Source: a bacterium
GTDB taxonomy: Bacteria > UBA8248
Direction: 5' to 3'
NCBI GenBank assembly: GCA_965213685.1
Contig: CBDBZY010000064.1
Span: forward strand, 128,001-192,000
DNA length: 64,000 nt
Shown: positions 36,256 to 54,105 of the stretch, piece after piece
Numbering within the stretch: the first letter of the stretch is position 1
Layout: each line of letters starts with the position of its first letter
Translations under genes and position numbers: made by a program
Notes under the pieces: generated by a model
The model's database searches: none
Told to the model about the DNA's origin: nothing
The model's input: the letters and a program-made list of their open reading frames with translations, nothing else

Positions 36256-37665
36256 GTGAAGGCATAGACTTAAAATGGAACCTTTAGTTAGCCACACTTT
36301 GTAGTTTTGAGTAATGAGCCTCCAAAGTGGAATGTTTGCAGGGATTTACCCTCTGCAATGTCTGCCATTCTTTGGGCATTAGCGCACCATTTACATTCAA
36401 AAGTTTTTGCATGTACTAATTAGTTGCCATAGCAACCAGATGTGGCCACGCCTACCTCGTTATTGCTAGCTGAATGTACTAAGAGACTTTCAGGGCTCTA
36501 CAGCACTTCGCAAAACTGATTTTATACCAACTTATTTGTTGGTTTCGTGAGTCCTAGACAGGAAATAGAGTGCAACAAAGTAAGACCCACAACAAGGGAA
36601 GCCCGGAGGGAGAGATCTAGGGAGATCTACAAGGCTGGTAAATCAAGAGGACCATACAGACTTAGCAGGAGTGTCAACGAGTCTCTCAATAAGAGCAGCA
36701 CTGAAGGCGAAAGTTCAGAGGTGGGCACTAATTTGGACGGCATGTGCACGAAGTGCCATCCGGTTCTATCAAGGTGTGTTGATACTTTTAAGTCCATGAA
36801 AAAGCAAGGATCTAGTCTAAAGATGGTGAAGAGGATAAATCCTGTACCAAGAAGAGCAGATATGGATCATTATAGAGATGTGAAAACTCAGAATGACTGG
36901 CTACGTTCCAATGTTTTTGACTCCATGGGAAATTTTCTTTATTGTGCCAAATTTATACGTGCAGCTTTTGGTATTTCCAAGCAGTGTCTTGCCCGACAGC
37001 ATAAGATGGAGCAGTCTGCTTCACAAGAGCCAATCACACATTTAACGAAAGCTGAAGTCGAAGAAAAGCGATTAGGAGAGTTTGTTGTCATGCCAAGTGG
37101 ATGTGATGAAGCCTTTAGTACATGGTGGAAGAGGAAAGCTTCAGGTGATGTTGTCAATGTCAAATATCCTCACGAATGACACAGATTAGCTGGAAAAGTC
37201 TCAAACTCTGCTAAAACTGACACAATGCAGGAATCCGCACACTCCACGATTTTGTGATCATAAAACACATCCTCACTGATGAGGTCATCATGTGTGTGAG
37301 AAAGCTGTGTTATACAGGAAGTTTTGAAAGCTCAAAAATGAAAATAGCACAGGGAGTTAGCTCAGACCTAGATGCTATTCCCAAAGAGAGTAGCTCATAC
37401 AAAGCTACAAGTGAGTAAAGCTTCAAAGAAAATGGAAGATTTAAAGTCTATGTACACTAAGTTTGTATGCCGTACTAGGTGGCCAGAATTCTTGCAGGAA
37501 CAGTAGACAATAATAGTTTATTGTAGTGTTCTTCATCATTGTAAGGTTATTATTTGGTCATATAGCACTGTAAAAGACAATTCTATTAATAATGAAATGA
37601 TTCTGACCAAAAAGTGCATTTGGGATAGGTGTGGCTAAGGTTCCATTTTAAGTCTATGCCTTCAC
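36256..37665 (+). mobile_element. Sola-like internally deleted DNA transposon with a 210-aa ORF relic (36547-37179)
   Basis: Perfect 29-bp TIR GTGAAGGCATAGACTTAAAATGGAACCTT flanked by AATT on both sides; coding-like sequence continues past the stop (HRLAGKVSN). Confidence 0.7.
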
Positions 37666-40600
37666 AATTACTATACCGTCAATGAGCATATTTAGCATAT
37701 ATACCAGTCGAGTTGGTAGGTTTGTGAAAGCGCTCCTGTAGCTATGCGTGTCAGGCAGGTATCGTCGCTATCTTCTACACTGGCCCTAGGCGCTACCTGT
37801 TTACATTGCTGAAGCTCTGTTGTGCGTTGTGCCGTAACTCGCCAATTACGCAACTGAGATGACCATAGCAAGGTTAAGATCACGCTTTTTTTTGCTATGT
37901 ACACATAAACGTAGCCTTACTTTGGGCTGTATAAGCATGGGACATACATGCAAACGTATCCTTACTGTTGATTTCTCCTGTCTCAGCTCAGCTTAGTTTA
38001 AGAAATGGGCAGTCTCCATAGTGTATGTTCCAGGTGGTAGAGTGCTGTTCACTTAGTGACACCATTACCCCTATTGTGTGGGCAGGGCCATTACCTCAGT
38101 AAAATGAAACCTCTGTATAGTGTTCACTCTGTAAAACAGCCACCTCATTATTACAGCCACCTACTCAGGTCGCTTGGGATATAATGCCCAATATTTACAC
38201 CTCTATTAAACAGCCACCTCTCTATTACAGCTACAAATTTATGGCCCATAGGTGACCACTCTAGGGAGGTTCCACTGCAATGGCTTAAAACTGTGCACAA
38301 AACCTGCTGGTTGGCAAAAAGTGCATGGAGTGCTAGTCGGCTAGTGCTAGTGTATCGCCTTGTCAGTGGCAGCACCATGAGTAATGGTTATGTCAACCCA
38401 TTGGACTACCAGTCCAGGAAGAGATACTATGAAAAGCTGGAAGCTGGAAGCTGTTGGCCTGTCTCTTAATGTTGAACCATATAGCGCTAGTGATAGATTC
38501 CATTCTGACACGACCCTTTGGCCAAAGATCGAATTTCAGGCCTGGCACCTACGTTCAGGAACAACTTCTCTCATGGAAGCAGATGGAAGCACCCAGCTGG
38601 ATTCAAAAACGTGCGTGACAAGTCCACTGACTGAGGACTGAGCACACCAGCGTCAGCCGTTGGACGGGAAGAACACTATAGCTAACACAGTGCAACTATC
38701 AGAAAACTCTAATCTATGTCTATTCCTCACTCACGATGTTTCTGTTATATTCTCTCTTCAAGAGAGGAGGTTACCGCCGTACAGTCAGTCAGGAACGTGT
38801 TTATACACAGCACGGTTGTTACTAAAACCCAGGACGGGACGGGGTGAATCCCCGTCCGTACGCGTATGATAGCCACGCTGGTGGCAGTTAGGCACTCCTG
38901 GCACGTATCTACTACGGACTCTACAAGTGCTTCGGCAGGACATGTAGCTACTACGGACTCTACAAGTGCTTCGTCGCATCATACCTTTACACTGTATCCT
39001 TGCAAATTTCACAGTTCATGACAAGACTGTGTTAATATTACTTTCACAAAAACGACAAAACCTCTTGCGAAGACCTACACAAGATACATGAAACCGTTCC
39101 ATACAAGTGTCACATTCAATCATGGCGCAAGCATTTTTTGTAGTATGGTACAGTCTGCTTCCCTTTTGTCACCCTGAAATAATGTCAAACTCTTCTCAAT
39201 GGGCATAATGTACACGGCTTGGGCAATCATGTGACCGCTTCCAACCTCCTCTGGTTACTACAAGTACACCAGGCCTGACTCAGCAACACGAATGCCCTAT
39301 GACATGTCAGACTCTCTTAGTGAGACACATGATAACCCCTCAATCGACAAAGTGGTTAATAAAGTCTGGGGCAGCCAAACCCAGCCCAGCCTAGCCTGGT
39401 TGTGTATGAGGGAGGAAAAACTCACTGCCGTATCATCTGAGTGATGGAAAGAAAGTGGAAGAAAAAGTGGACTCCTGCAGGACCTGAACCCACGAATCTC
39501 AGCTTTATATGCTGACATTCTACCGACTGAGTCAGAGCTAAAGAGCCCAGCCAGCAGGCAGGCTGTTTGTTTGTCATGTTTGTTTTCCCCCCTCATACAC
39601 CAACCAGGGGTTATCATGTGTCTATACTTAAAAAAAAACAGAGGGTCTCCTGCTTCAGCCACTGCCCCACAGACTAACTAGGCTAGGCTAGGTTGGTTGC
39701 CCTAGACTTTAACAACCATCTTGTCTGTTGGGGCAGCAGGGAGCTTCATTGCAGATCGGAAGAGACTGTTGTCAGGATATGGTATCGACTTTGCCTGCTG
39801 TCAGAAGTCGGAAGAGCGTCAGCATATAGAAAGCTGAGAGTTGTGGGTTTGAATCCTGAAAGAGTCCACTTTTTCTTCCACTTTCTTTCTCTTAGAGAGT
39901 CTAACTGATGAGACTAGTGTGGGCTACGGCAAAAGCCTTTGATACCAAGCGCTGCCGTTCATGATGGCTTTGCCATCAGATAGTAATGAACAAAGCACTA
40001 GTAACAGTGAAGCAAGTGGGAATGTTTCTGATCAGCGCTCCCCGTCTCCTTTTTTGGTCATGGACTGAGGGCATCTGGCCGTACCGTGGTGGGTGATCGT
40101 TCACACTCAACACAATTATCTAATCACGAGACACTGACAATTATGTATTCAAATGCTCGAAGTTTGTTACCTAGATTGAAGAACTACAAGTTTTAGTGTA
40201 TAGTAATCTATGTATTGTTGAATCATGGCTATCACAAGGCATATTTGACAACGAAATAACAATTATGGGTTATAACTGTCATAGAAAAGATTGTAACAGG
40301 CATGGTGGAGGTGTATGTGTATATACAAGTCAGCATCCTGCCACAATGAATATGTCAGAAGAGGTTCATGCAGATCTGGAATGTATATTTGTGAATGTTT
40401 TGAAAGGTACAGTCAAAACAACAGTTGGATGTTTCTATCGACCACCCAATTCTCCAAATTATATATTTGATACTCTCACAGATTCTATTTTTGCACTTCA
40501 GCCTAACCTGTTGACTAATTTCGTACTTATTGGTGACTTTAATGTTGATACTTCAAGAGGAATTAATACATGTCTGAACAATTTCATGGCAACGTTGAGT

Positions 40601-42186
40601 CTCAGCCAAGTGGTGACCACGATAACACATATTTCTCCCTCTGGACGAGAGACTACAATTGACTTGTGCTTCATGTCATGTATAGAAAATCTTATTTCTT
40701 GTGAAACAAGACCTCCGCTTGGAACCTCTGATCATAAGTCTCTTGTTGTCACCTTGAGAAGTGACTGTATGCGAAGGAACAAACTTCATTACGAAAAACT
40801 TCTATGGAGGTACACTGAAGCCAATGTAGAAAGGGCATGTGCATTGATAAGAAACACTGACTGGAAAATCATCTTGACGAGTAATGTAAATGAGTCATGG
40901 CAAAACTGGAAAAGGATCTTTTTAGACATAATGAAACAGTGTGTTCCACGAGCTAAACAGCAATGCCGGCGTTATTTGCTTTGGATTAACAAAAATATTA
41001 TGTGTGCTATTAAAAGAAGAGATCACTTGTATCGTAAGTTCAAGATATCGCAGAGTGTATCTGCTTGGAAGAAGTATAAAGAGATGAGAAATCGAGTGGT
41101 CAAACTCATTAGGTCATCCAGAGCTGTTTTTTTCAGTAACCTCTCCAGAATGGCAAATGATCCTCAGAAGTTTTGGAAAATAGTGAACTCTTCGAACACT
41201 GTTTCAAGTCATATTCCTACACTGGTTTCTGATAATACGTTGGTGTCGGAAGACGCTGAGAGAGCTGAAGTACTGAACATTTTCTTTGGTGAGAGCCTTA
41301 ACAAATCAGATCCTCCTCTTCAACATTCTCCATCTCAACATCTGAGTGACTCCACCTCAGATATATCATTAATTGACATCTCTGAAGAGGAAGTTGTGTG
41401 CCTGATTTCTTCCCTGAAGCCCAAAAAGTCACCTGGAATAACTACTGTTGAAATGTTACAGTTGGTTGCCCAGTGTATTGGGCCAGCACTAATGCTGCTA
41501 TTTAACATTTTCTTGCAATGGGAAAAATTCCATCGGAGTGGAAAGTTGGAAAAGTTATTCCTATACCCAAGGGAAAACATCTTCAGTTGCCATCCAACTA
41601 TCGTCCAATTATGCTTCTAACCATTGTCAGCAAGATTTTAGAACGACATATCTTTAATATTCTGCGTGACTTCATGCACAACCAGTGCCCACTCTCTCCA
41701 AACCAGTGGGGATTCTGCTCAGGGAAATCCACTAGCACTGCTCTAGCTTACATTACACATTGCTGGAATGCAAAGTTGCATACTGGTGTGGATATATGTG
41801 CAGTCTTTTTTGACTTAAGAAAGGCCTTCGATAGGGCACTGCTTCAGAAACTTTCTAAGCTAGATTTACCTCCTCTGTTGTTCCAGTGGCTCCAGGACTA
41901 CTTAACTGGTAGATTTAAGCAAGTTGCTATCGGAGAGGCAATATCCAGGTTACTTCCTGTTCTATTGGGTGTGCCTCAAGGGTCAACACTTGGTCCGCTG
42001 TTGTTCATCTTTTTCATTGATGATATTTGTGATCTCCCACTATCGAAGGATTCCACTCTTGCACTCTATGCAGATGACATCTGCTATTCCAGGCCTATTT
42101 GCAGCAGTGAGGACTTTGCAATTGTACAAAGGGAAATTGACTTAATTGGAAACTGGTCCAGTAGTAACCATCTGAAATTTATTTAA

Positions 42187-42772
42187 GGGTGGTCGGACAT
42201 CATGAATATTAATAAGGCATGTGGTTGCTATGCTATTATATCTCGCAAAGTATGGTACCTACCATACATGTCGCGTTTGGACCCTTATAGACATTGCAGA
42301 CACTGCAATTCGTATACCAAGTTTCACAGCTCCAGCTTACCTAGTCACCGAGAGTTACGGCGGTAAAGTCTTAGACTCTTTCTCTATAAAACTTCTTAAC
42401 CGATTTACCTATCTCCCTGAAACTCAGGCACCAGAGTTATTCGAGCAAGCGCTAGCCATTAACGTGGCCGTTTTCAACGTATCTAGTACGCAAGCACGGG
42501 TTTTTGAACTTTTCTCGAATTTGGAGCGTTCAATTCGGAAAAACTCCACGTTACGGTCTGCGGTACCTGCCCACGATGACGCCAACGGAAGGGCGTCCCG
42601 ATCAGGAAAAGCGCTACGGAGTTTTACAGAGTTATGCACGCTGCATACTTTAGACGGGCCAGATCTACTACGCTAATGCGTGCAGCTGTTGCATTTGGCT
42701 TCCACTAATTAACCACGAAGCCCAGATCTGCGCATTCCTTTAGAGCCGCACAGTATCCATGTCCGAGCACCC
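42187..42772. mobile_element. TTAA-targeting (Kolobok-like) MITE inserted in the LINE RT
   Basis: TIR GGGTGGTCGGACAT / ATGTCCGAGCACCC with TTAA on both sides; LINE frame resumes afterwards. Confidence 0.8.
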
Positions 42773-42890
42773 TTAAGATAAGTGTCAATGGATGTTTATA
42801 TCTCCAAACGATCTAAGAACCCTGAATGTTATGCAGTCGACCTGTTTGTTAATGCAACTAAACTAAATCGTGTCTTTGAAGTGAAGTGCT

Positions 42891-43328
42891 TATTATTATT
42901 ATTATTAGAAGCTTTACAGTACAGGAATTAGAAAAGGAGGAAGTGACCAGATGATACATGGACAGTTGTACTGAAGGACTAGTAGTACATGTACTCCTAG
43001 CCTTTAACACAAATACATATGCATATTAAACACAACGGGGGGACAAATGGCTTCTATAGAGTAACATCTTGAAAGGTGCACATAACTGGTAAAGTAACAC
43101 ACTTGTTACACGGACAAACAAAGTGATAAGAACATAAATTTTCAGGGTCAAAGTTTGCAACAAAGTAGCTCCAGAAAAAACATTTTAGTTTGCGCTTGAT
43201 GGTGTTAAGTGACTGGTCTACATCAATGATTGGAAGAGAATTCCAAAGACGGGGCAGACGATTAAAGTAGAAGTGTCTATCACGATTTGTTACTTGGGCG
43301 TACATGTACTTATCACTCACAACCTAAA
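42891..43328 (-). mobile_element. 5'-truncated 3' end of a second CR1-like LINE, nested antisense
   Basis: RHFYFNRLPRLWNSLP...CPCNKC and a (TAA)n tail. Confidence 0.8.
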
Positions 43329-44367
43329 TTAGGCTGCACATATTCATTCTGTGGTCTCCAAAACAAGACAAAAACTGGGTTTTCTCTACCGCAAGTTTTA
43401 CAAACACTGCAACACTACAGTTCTCCGGAAACTATATGTATCATTAATATGCCCAGTACTGTTGCATTGTATGGGACCCCTTCACAAAGGGCTCAATTGA
43501 ACACTTGGAAAAAACTCCAAAGCTGGCTGCAAAAATCTGCCTGAAGAAGTGGAACTTATCATACACTACCATGTTGAGGGAGCTTAACTTGCCTACATTG
43601 CAAATGTGCAATCTAGGAGGCACATTATGAAGCTATGTGTTGTTTATGCCATACTTAATAACTCAATGTACTTCCCATCAGGTATCTTTGATCGCAATTC
43701 CAGTGTCAGCACTAGAACCAATACTCCACTGTGCCTCCAGCCTGTACATTGCTCTACCAATTATTTCATGTTTTCTTTTGTTCCTCATTCCATCCTTCTG
43801 TGGCACAGTCTCCCACCATGCATCTCTGGATCTGCATCATTGTTGTCTTTTAAACGCGCATTACATGTTTGGCTCTAGTTCACTTGTCCATTCCTTATAT
43901 CTATTGACTAAATTGCACTGAAGTACGTCACTAGCTATTGTGCTATTGCACTTCGTATTTCTAATAATGGACTCACCCTCGGAACGCCTGGGTATGAGGC
44001 TAGTCGCTACTAAGCCTCGGTATAACCAACTCTAGCGCTTCTGCTCTATGCCGTCGCTATATACATCCGCATGTACGTGTAGTAAATGTAAACGTCATCA
44101 ATGAAACGCAAGACGTCATTGACCAATTTTTATATTACGTAATGTAATCAGTGTGTACCTGGCGTTCCTCCTCGCCGCAGAGTACAAAACCACGTTTATA
44201 ATGTACTGTGCAACACTAAATATTATGGGGTGTGATCTGTGTCAAAATTGGTAATGGAAGCTTTCAATAATACTTTGCATATTTATGCAGGGATACACAT
44301 AATAGCAATCTGCTAACACAGGATGTGTAACCTTATATACTAATTACAAAGCTAAAACTAACAGGTA

Positions 44368-44819
44368 CACTGCAAAAAATCCATGGTTATTTTAACCAAT
44401 AAGAATGGTTATCTCAGTTGCACATTTGTTCTCTCAACACTTGGCACTGAGCAGAGGTATAAAGAATGTGCAAGATGTGTAGGATATCACCCAGGAGGAA
44501 TTGAGCGGTAGAAGACAGTCCATTAGTCTACTGAGCATGACAGAGGAGTGACCCCCCATCATGGCATCCTCTGTCAAATTCCTGTCATAGCACACAATTA
44601 CTTTTACAATTACTCACATTATTGGGGACACCCTACACTTTGCCCACAAGCCTTCAATCTCAAGAGTATAGGATAACTCTGTGTGGGGGGTTACATGATG
44701 TCATTCAGCTTCAATATCAAGAGTATAGGACAACTCAGTGTGGGAATGAGATGGTGTCACTCAGCTGCAACTGAGATAACCTTAGCAAAGTATAAAATAA
44801 CCATTTCTTTTTTGCAGTG
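44368..44819. mobile_element. Intact CACTG-family (CMC/EnSpm-like) MITE
   Basis: CACTGCAAAAAA / TTTTTTGCAGTG termini, TA on both sides, sub-terminal ATCTCAGTTGCA / TGCAACTGAGAT. Confidence 0.85.
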
Positions 44820-46279
44820 TACAGATGGTTATGTGCAATAGGAAACAACATTTTGTTTGAAGTAACCATATGTGGAATTCAACACAGGTGAAGCTTACTA
44901 CGCGTGCATGTCTTGCTAGGAATCTTGCTAGGAATGTCGCTACATAACATTGTGGCCAGCAACCACACCCGGGGGGGTGTCCGGAACAAGTCCTGACCAG
45001 ACTCTCGCTTGCGGAGAGAGTCTGGCTACGCGAGACTACTCTCGGTTGGAGCCCAGTCGCGCCCTCTGGTTGCCAACACCTATTGCTTTCGGAAACCGGT
45101 AGAATCTTGTGTGCTTGGTGCCTCCGTACGCGCTGCAACGTACTGGCATTTAGTACGCAACATGGACGAAAATACAATGCAATATACAGGGGCAAAAATG
45201 TGGCATACTGTAATACCATAGAACGCAACATACGCTTTACCCACCAAGCGCTTTCTTACACTTTTGCACCTCGCTAAGCGCCCTCAGTTCTGCAGCACCA
45301 CCACGCGCGGCTCCTGGAAAGTACATGCGAGTTCAGCTGATATTGAAGGACGAAACCCCAACACTGTGTCACAACCCGCGTAGAGTGAAGGAGGGCTGGA
45401 TTCAAAACGTGCGTGACTAGTCCACTGCGGAACACACCAGGCACAATGTCAGTCAGTGGGCTGGAACGACACTACGACACCATAAACTATGTCTATTACC
45501 CTACTCATTATGGTTCTTACCTAATATTCAGGAGAGGAGGGTTTTGTGCGTAAGAGGTACTTGCTATGCTTGCTGCGTTTAGCAGAAAAGGGTATTGTAT
45601 GGGCCCTTTAGAGCGAAGGTATGAAGATATTTTAAACGTGAAGTCTGACTATGTATAGTAGCGAAGCCCCCCATACGCACACCTGACAACCGTAAGTGTA
45701 GTCGCTTCCGTCGGTCACGGTATAAAAGGCCCCTGCCCCGGGCACAACCTTTGACCCCTCCTGCACATGGCGGACAGATTCAAAATAGCGAGCAGCAACC
45801 AGCGCACTATCCACGTCCATCACAGCACCCTACCCTTCGCTATGTACCGCTTTTGGCGCGAATAACGTTCATTTCACGTGGCCGCGCGTCTTCGAGCGAT
45901 TGTCTGGTCGAAATAGCCCTGAACAGTTTGCCATGGCAGAATGACATGAGAGAAGCACTGAAGAGGGGAAGCCTGAGATCCAGGTATACAAACAAGTGAA
46001 TATAGGTACATACAGATGAAAAATGAAAGATAAAAGTACACTGCTAGGTACAGGTGCACTGTGGTGGTCGTCAGCCTCCTCAGACTTTTGTCGGTAGCTA
46101 TATAGGCTGAATAGATTCCTCCAGGAGTCCAGGCCAGAGGAGTTTAGTCCGTCAGTCAAGTGGATGGAGGATGAGTGTGTGTGTCCAAAAAGGAGACGTA
46201 CAGGAGATAAACAACTTGACCCTGTAGCGGCAAGTGAAGATGCTTGCACTTACAATTCTTACATTTACATATGCAGACG

Positions 46280-46520
46280 GACACATAAAGGAGATCACCC
46301 CGTACTGGGTCACCCCACTGACAAAGCCCACTGCCCTCACTGTCTGTGCACACCGTGTGTGGTGGCACAGCCCCCAGACTTTCTGGTTGGCAGTTCAGCT
46401 GCCAGTCTGAACAACGTATCCAAGCAATACAGCCTGTACAGAAAGTTCTGGGCATTACTACAGCAGTTGGGAGTGTGGGAGCACCCAACGTACTTGGAAT
46501 AAAACAAAACACCACCACAC
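46280..46520 (+). pseudogene. Cys-rich protein relic, probably a transposon accessory gene
   Basis: HCPHCLCTPCV...YSLYRKFWALLQQLGVWEHPTYLE* reads as protein-like and recalls P2X7-ballast-like transposon proteins; truncated. Confidence 0.4.
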
Positions 46521-47052
46521 ACCAAGTATACCTTACCACCATTTGCATAACTGGCTTTCACTCCTCCACTGCGGCGAGAGTGTGACACACGCTTTCACAA
46601 CATCTGTGTACTGCTGCTTCTTGTTCACTACAAGAACGCAAGAGAAGCACACAAATCACGAAGTGCTTTCTCCTCGCAAAGGAAGAGTTCCTGTCCCAGC
46701 AGCACAGCACCATCACTGTACATCCCTGTAGTACACATATACATGTAGCAAGAAACCTATCAAGTTCAAGGACAAACATGGCGACAGGCTAACACCTTTA
46801 CTACTACTTACCTGCATTTTCCAACATACAGCTAGTTGTTGCTACTCTTGCACGTGGTCTGCGGATACTAGAATACTGTACCACAGGTTGGATGGGTGTA
46901 CTGGGGACGCTACTTCGCTCTTCCACCAGGGACAGCAAGTTCGAGTAGCTCGCGTTCATTGAGCTGTGGTGCGCCTTGGGGTGTCAAAAAACTTCGCATG
47001 GCACTCAGACGCTGTAGAAAGGATGCTTTGGCATCATCAGTTGGAAACTTAA

Positions 47053-47625
47053 ACGACCCTAAGACATGATTTTGCCTGATTTATGTTTTATTGTAATCTC
47101 CTAATGATGCCTGTTAGCGAAATAACGTAGTTTTGCGTGATATGTCGGTTCATAGAATTATAAAATTTACGCAATATGCATATCGCTAATTATAGAAAAA
47201 AAAATTGCCAATAACGGCTAATGCTGCAGAGACGAAACCTCGGTGGATGATTACTAAGCATGTTGGCTATCTAAGTTTGCTTTAAAAATCCGTGCTAAAT
47301 CTTTCTTTCTAGACATATAGATCTAATCGTTTTCTTCGTGCTGCAGAATTTAGAAAAACGGTAGCAAATTCTGCCGTAAAGTAGCAAGCCAAGCCTCGAG
47401 CAACCCATTGCGCATAAACTAGTTCACTCCCCTTTGGCGAGCATCCACCTCTTCACCGGTTGGCGCCACACAGCGCCGCACGTCCAACGGTAGCGGGAAA
47501 TATGAATTTTTCCCAGCGAACTTGCAACCGCGCCAAAGAATTGCTGTCGTTTTAGCGTTGGTAAATGTAGGGGGAAAGCGACGGTAGAGTAATTGACGAA
47601 GAACGCAATCATGACTCGCCCTCCC
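47053..47625 (-). mobile_element. Kolobok-like MITE (a few terminal bases lost at one end)
   Basis: Reverse complement of 20519-21092, with TTAA at both ends. Confidence 0.85.
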
Positions 47626-48272
47626 TTAAGTGGCCTTAAACGGCGGAAGCGGAAGTGCCCGCCCCTTGTTGGGCCATGATGAAAGCAGGTGTTGAATAGT
47701 CTCGTCCAGACCCTCACGCGCCCCCCGAAAGAGGGTCTGGCAACTATACTCGACCCTATGACGTGGCCGTCCGGCATGTGGGATGGCCAATCACAGCGCA
47801 GCATTCTTCAATTCTACGTTCCATAGTAGATCGGCGCCTGTTCAACAAGTAACGCCACCCAATCATTTATTTTTACTTGTTACCTGCATTTGTAGTCTTT
47901 GTATGCCCTGTCTTGCCTATATTTTATACAAAGCAAAAATAGAATTGTTGTTTTAACAAAACAAGGCCAAGGCACAGCTCACAACAGCTGTTACAACTAT
48001 ATTTGTAGTACAGTTTACATGGCCCTGCAGCAAATATAACAAAGGTCTTTATCATAGGAACAATGTCATTTTTGCTGTGTACACAGCTAAAAAGAGATGG
48101 ACAATTGAATGTTATTCCAGGTACTAGCACTCACCACATCATTCAGTTTTCTTGCCACTATTTCTCTTTTAAACTCTTAACGACAGAATAGGCGAACAAT
48201 GAATCAATGCTGGTGTCAGTTTATGCTCAGTGGATTAAAAAATGTATTGTCGTACTTCTTAATCATCCCTAC

Positions 48273-52070
<3,798 letters not shown>

Positions 52071-52154
52071 CTAGGCTTATAAATATGTGCTTCCCCTTAT
52101 CCTGCCACTAATAAGTCAAAGCAGACACAGGAATTCGAACTCTACCCTCAGGCC

Positions 52155-52227
52155 TCCCCCTTGGCAGAGTGGTTATGCATTTCGTCTGGTAAACGGATGA
52201 ATGTGGGTTCGAATCCTGCAGTGGGAG
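52155..52227 (+). tRNA. tRNA-like sequence (Thr-like, GGT anticodon); probably a SINE head or pseudo-tRNA
   Basis: A box TGGCAGAGTGG, B box GGTTCGAATCC, foldable cloverleaf with one acceptor-stem mismatch, followed by T6. Confidence 0.5.
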
Positions 52228-53489
52228 CCGGTTTTTTCCGGCGAGGAAAACTGGTGTCTGCTACGGATACGGAGCAGGAGTGGCCTTAGGTTCACAAAAA
52301 CAGAGCATTCATGCCTAGTAGATTTAAACAAGTATGAAAAACATTATCAAAAAATGTATAGGGATGTAGGGATGGCCGTGCCAAAAACTACAGAAACTAG
52401 GTGTAGGGATGGCAGTGTGCAGGCAAGACATGTTATACAAAGACTACACAACTAACCCCATCCCTACATCTTTTTTATATCTGAAATCATTCTGCGAGTT
52501 ATGCTACAAGATTACTGGGAAGAACAATTTTTGAGCCAAAAAAAAGGCATAGGTATAGGCTTCAATTCTTCTTCACTCCTACACTTCTATAAAAGACAAG
52601 TTCTTGCATTCAAAAACTAGATATCACTTCACCATTACTCACTAAGGAAGCCACATAAATGGGAAGACTTAGAGTGCTTCCTGAGTGGTCACACCATACA
52701 TGATACCCACAAGATAGGATGTGGCCAATTCATTGCCAACATCTGGAGAAGGAAGGAGAGTCATGCAAGTGTACATGTTTGTTCACAATATATGGCACTT
52801 TCCCCCTTACCTTCATGCAAAAAAGCTTCGTGCCAGTTGAGGTAGTTGACAGGCAGGTCTTCTGGGGAGGGGTAGGGTTACACAGCTCGTGTTTAATAGC
52901 GCTAGTTTGAGGTGATAGGAGTGCTCTATAAAACATGACAAGGGACATACTTCAAGCACAAAAACGAATATATGGCTTACGAAAGTTCATGCTTGCCCAG
53001 AGCTCACCGAAGCACGCACAATGAGAGATAAAAGTACATTCTTGCCTCGTTTATCTTCCACTGATCTCAGGCCGGGTATCGTTTTTCACGCGGGAGGTTT
53101 TCATGGTAACTCTGCCATCAATCCGTGATTTTCACTGCCCTCTAAATATGATGGGAACTTGCGCTTTGAAGAAATCACGACTGGAATATCCTTTCGCGTT
53201 CGAACGACGCTACCGCGCTTTTTTTTGTGCGCAGGCGCACGTCGTTTTTTGGGCGTGCACTCGGCCGGGCGCGGCGGCCAAGTGGCAGTTGACCTTGACA
53301 CAGAAAGCGCGCGATGTGTTAGGAGCCGTGAGGGGCTGTTTCTACACGCATCACTCTGCGATTGCTGGAGGAGACCAGTGAGTTTATTACTAAGCGCTAG
53401 TCTTTACCCTCGCGTAACCTAATCCCTTCGTATAAAAGGCATGCCGATTTATGTTGTCTAAGTTTGTACCCGTCCGCCATATATGTGAC

Positions 53490-54105
53490 TGTACGGTTGT
53501 CAGTCTGATGCGTTGGACTTTGTGGCAGTGTGACTGTCTGTCTGATATGTTTGTCTTTGTTACTGTCAGTCTGATATGTTAGAGTTGTGGCAGTGTGGCT
53601 GTGTGTTGGTCGGATACATTGTACATTGTATATTTGGCTGTGCGGCTGTCAGTCTGACATGTTGGGCTTTGGTGGCCATGTGGCTGTCAGTCTGATATGT
53701 TGGGCTTTGGTGGCCATGTGGCTGTCAGTCTGATATGTTGGGCTTTGGTGGCTGTGTGGCTGTCAGTCTGATATGTTGGGCTTTGGTGGCCGTGTGGCTA
53801 TGATGAGTATCAGTCTGGTATGTTGGGCTTTGGTGGCCGTGTGGTTGTCAGTCTGATATGTTGGACATTGGTGGCTGTGTGGTTGTCAGTCTGATATGTT
53901 GGGCTTTGGTGGCCGTGTGGTTGTCAGTCTGATATGTTGGGCTTTGGTGGCCGTGTGGCTGTCAGTCTGATATGTTGGGCTTTGGCAGCCGTGTGGCTGT
54001 CAGTCTGATATGTTGGGCTTTGGCAGCCGTGTGGCTGTAAGTCTGATATATTGGGCTTTGGTGGCTGTGTGGCTGTTAGTCTGATATGTTGGGCCTTGTG
54101 GCTGA
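53490..54105. repeat. 38-bp minisatellite
   Basis: About 12 well-conserved copies plus degenerate copies of GTCAGTCTGATATGTTGGGCTTTGGTGGCCGTGTGGCT. Confidence 0.92.

Larger units (their letters stand above)
39968..43966 (+). mobile_element. Decayed CR1/L2-group LINE with near-complete ORF2 (APE+RT) and two nested insertions
   Basis: ESW, GGGV, YRPP, GDFN and SDH (APE); NYRPI, QWGF, FFDLRKAFD, GVPQGSTLGPLLF and YADD (RT); empty site at about 26290. Confidence 0.95.

Noticed and set aside
42221-42676. 151-aa ORF
   Set aside because: Entirely inside a TTAA-flanked MITE, with no recognisable motif
53490-54105. CRISPR-like regular repeats
   Set aside because: Head-to-tail units without unique spacers, no cas genes, eukaryotic context
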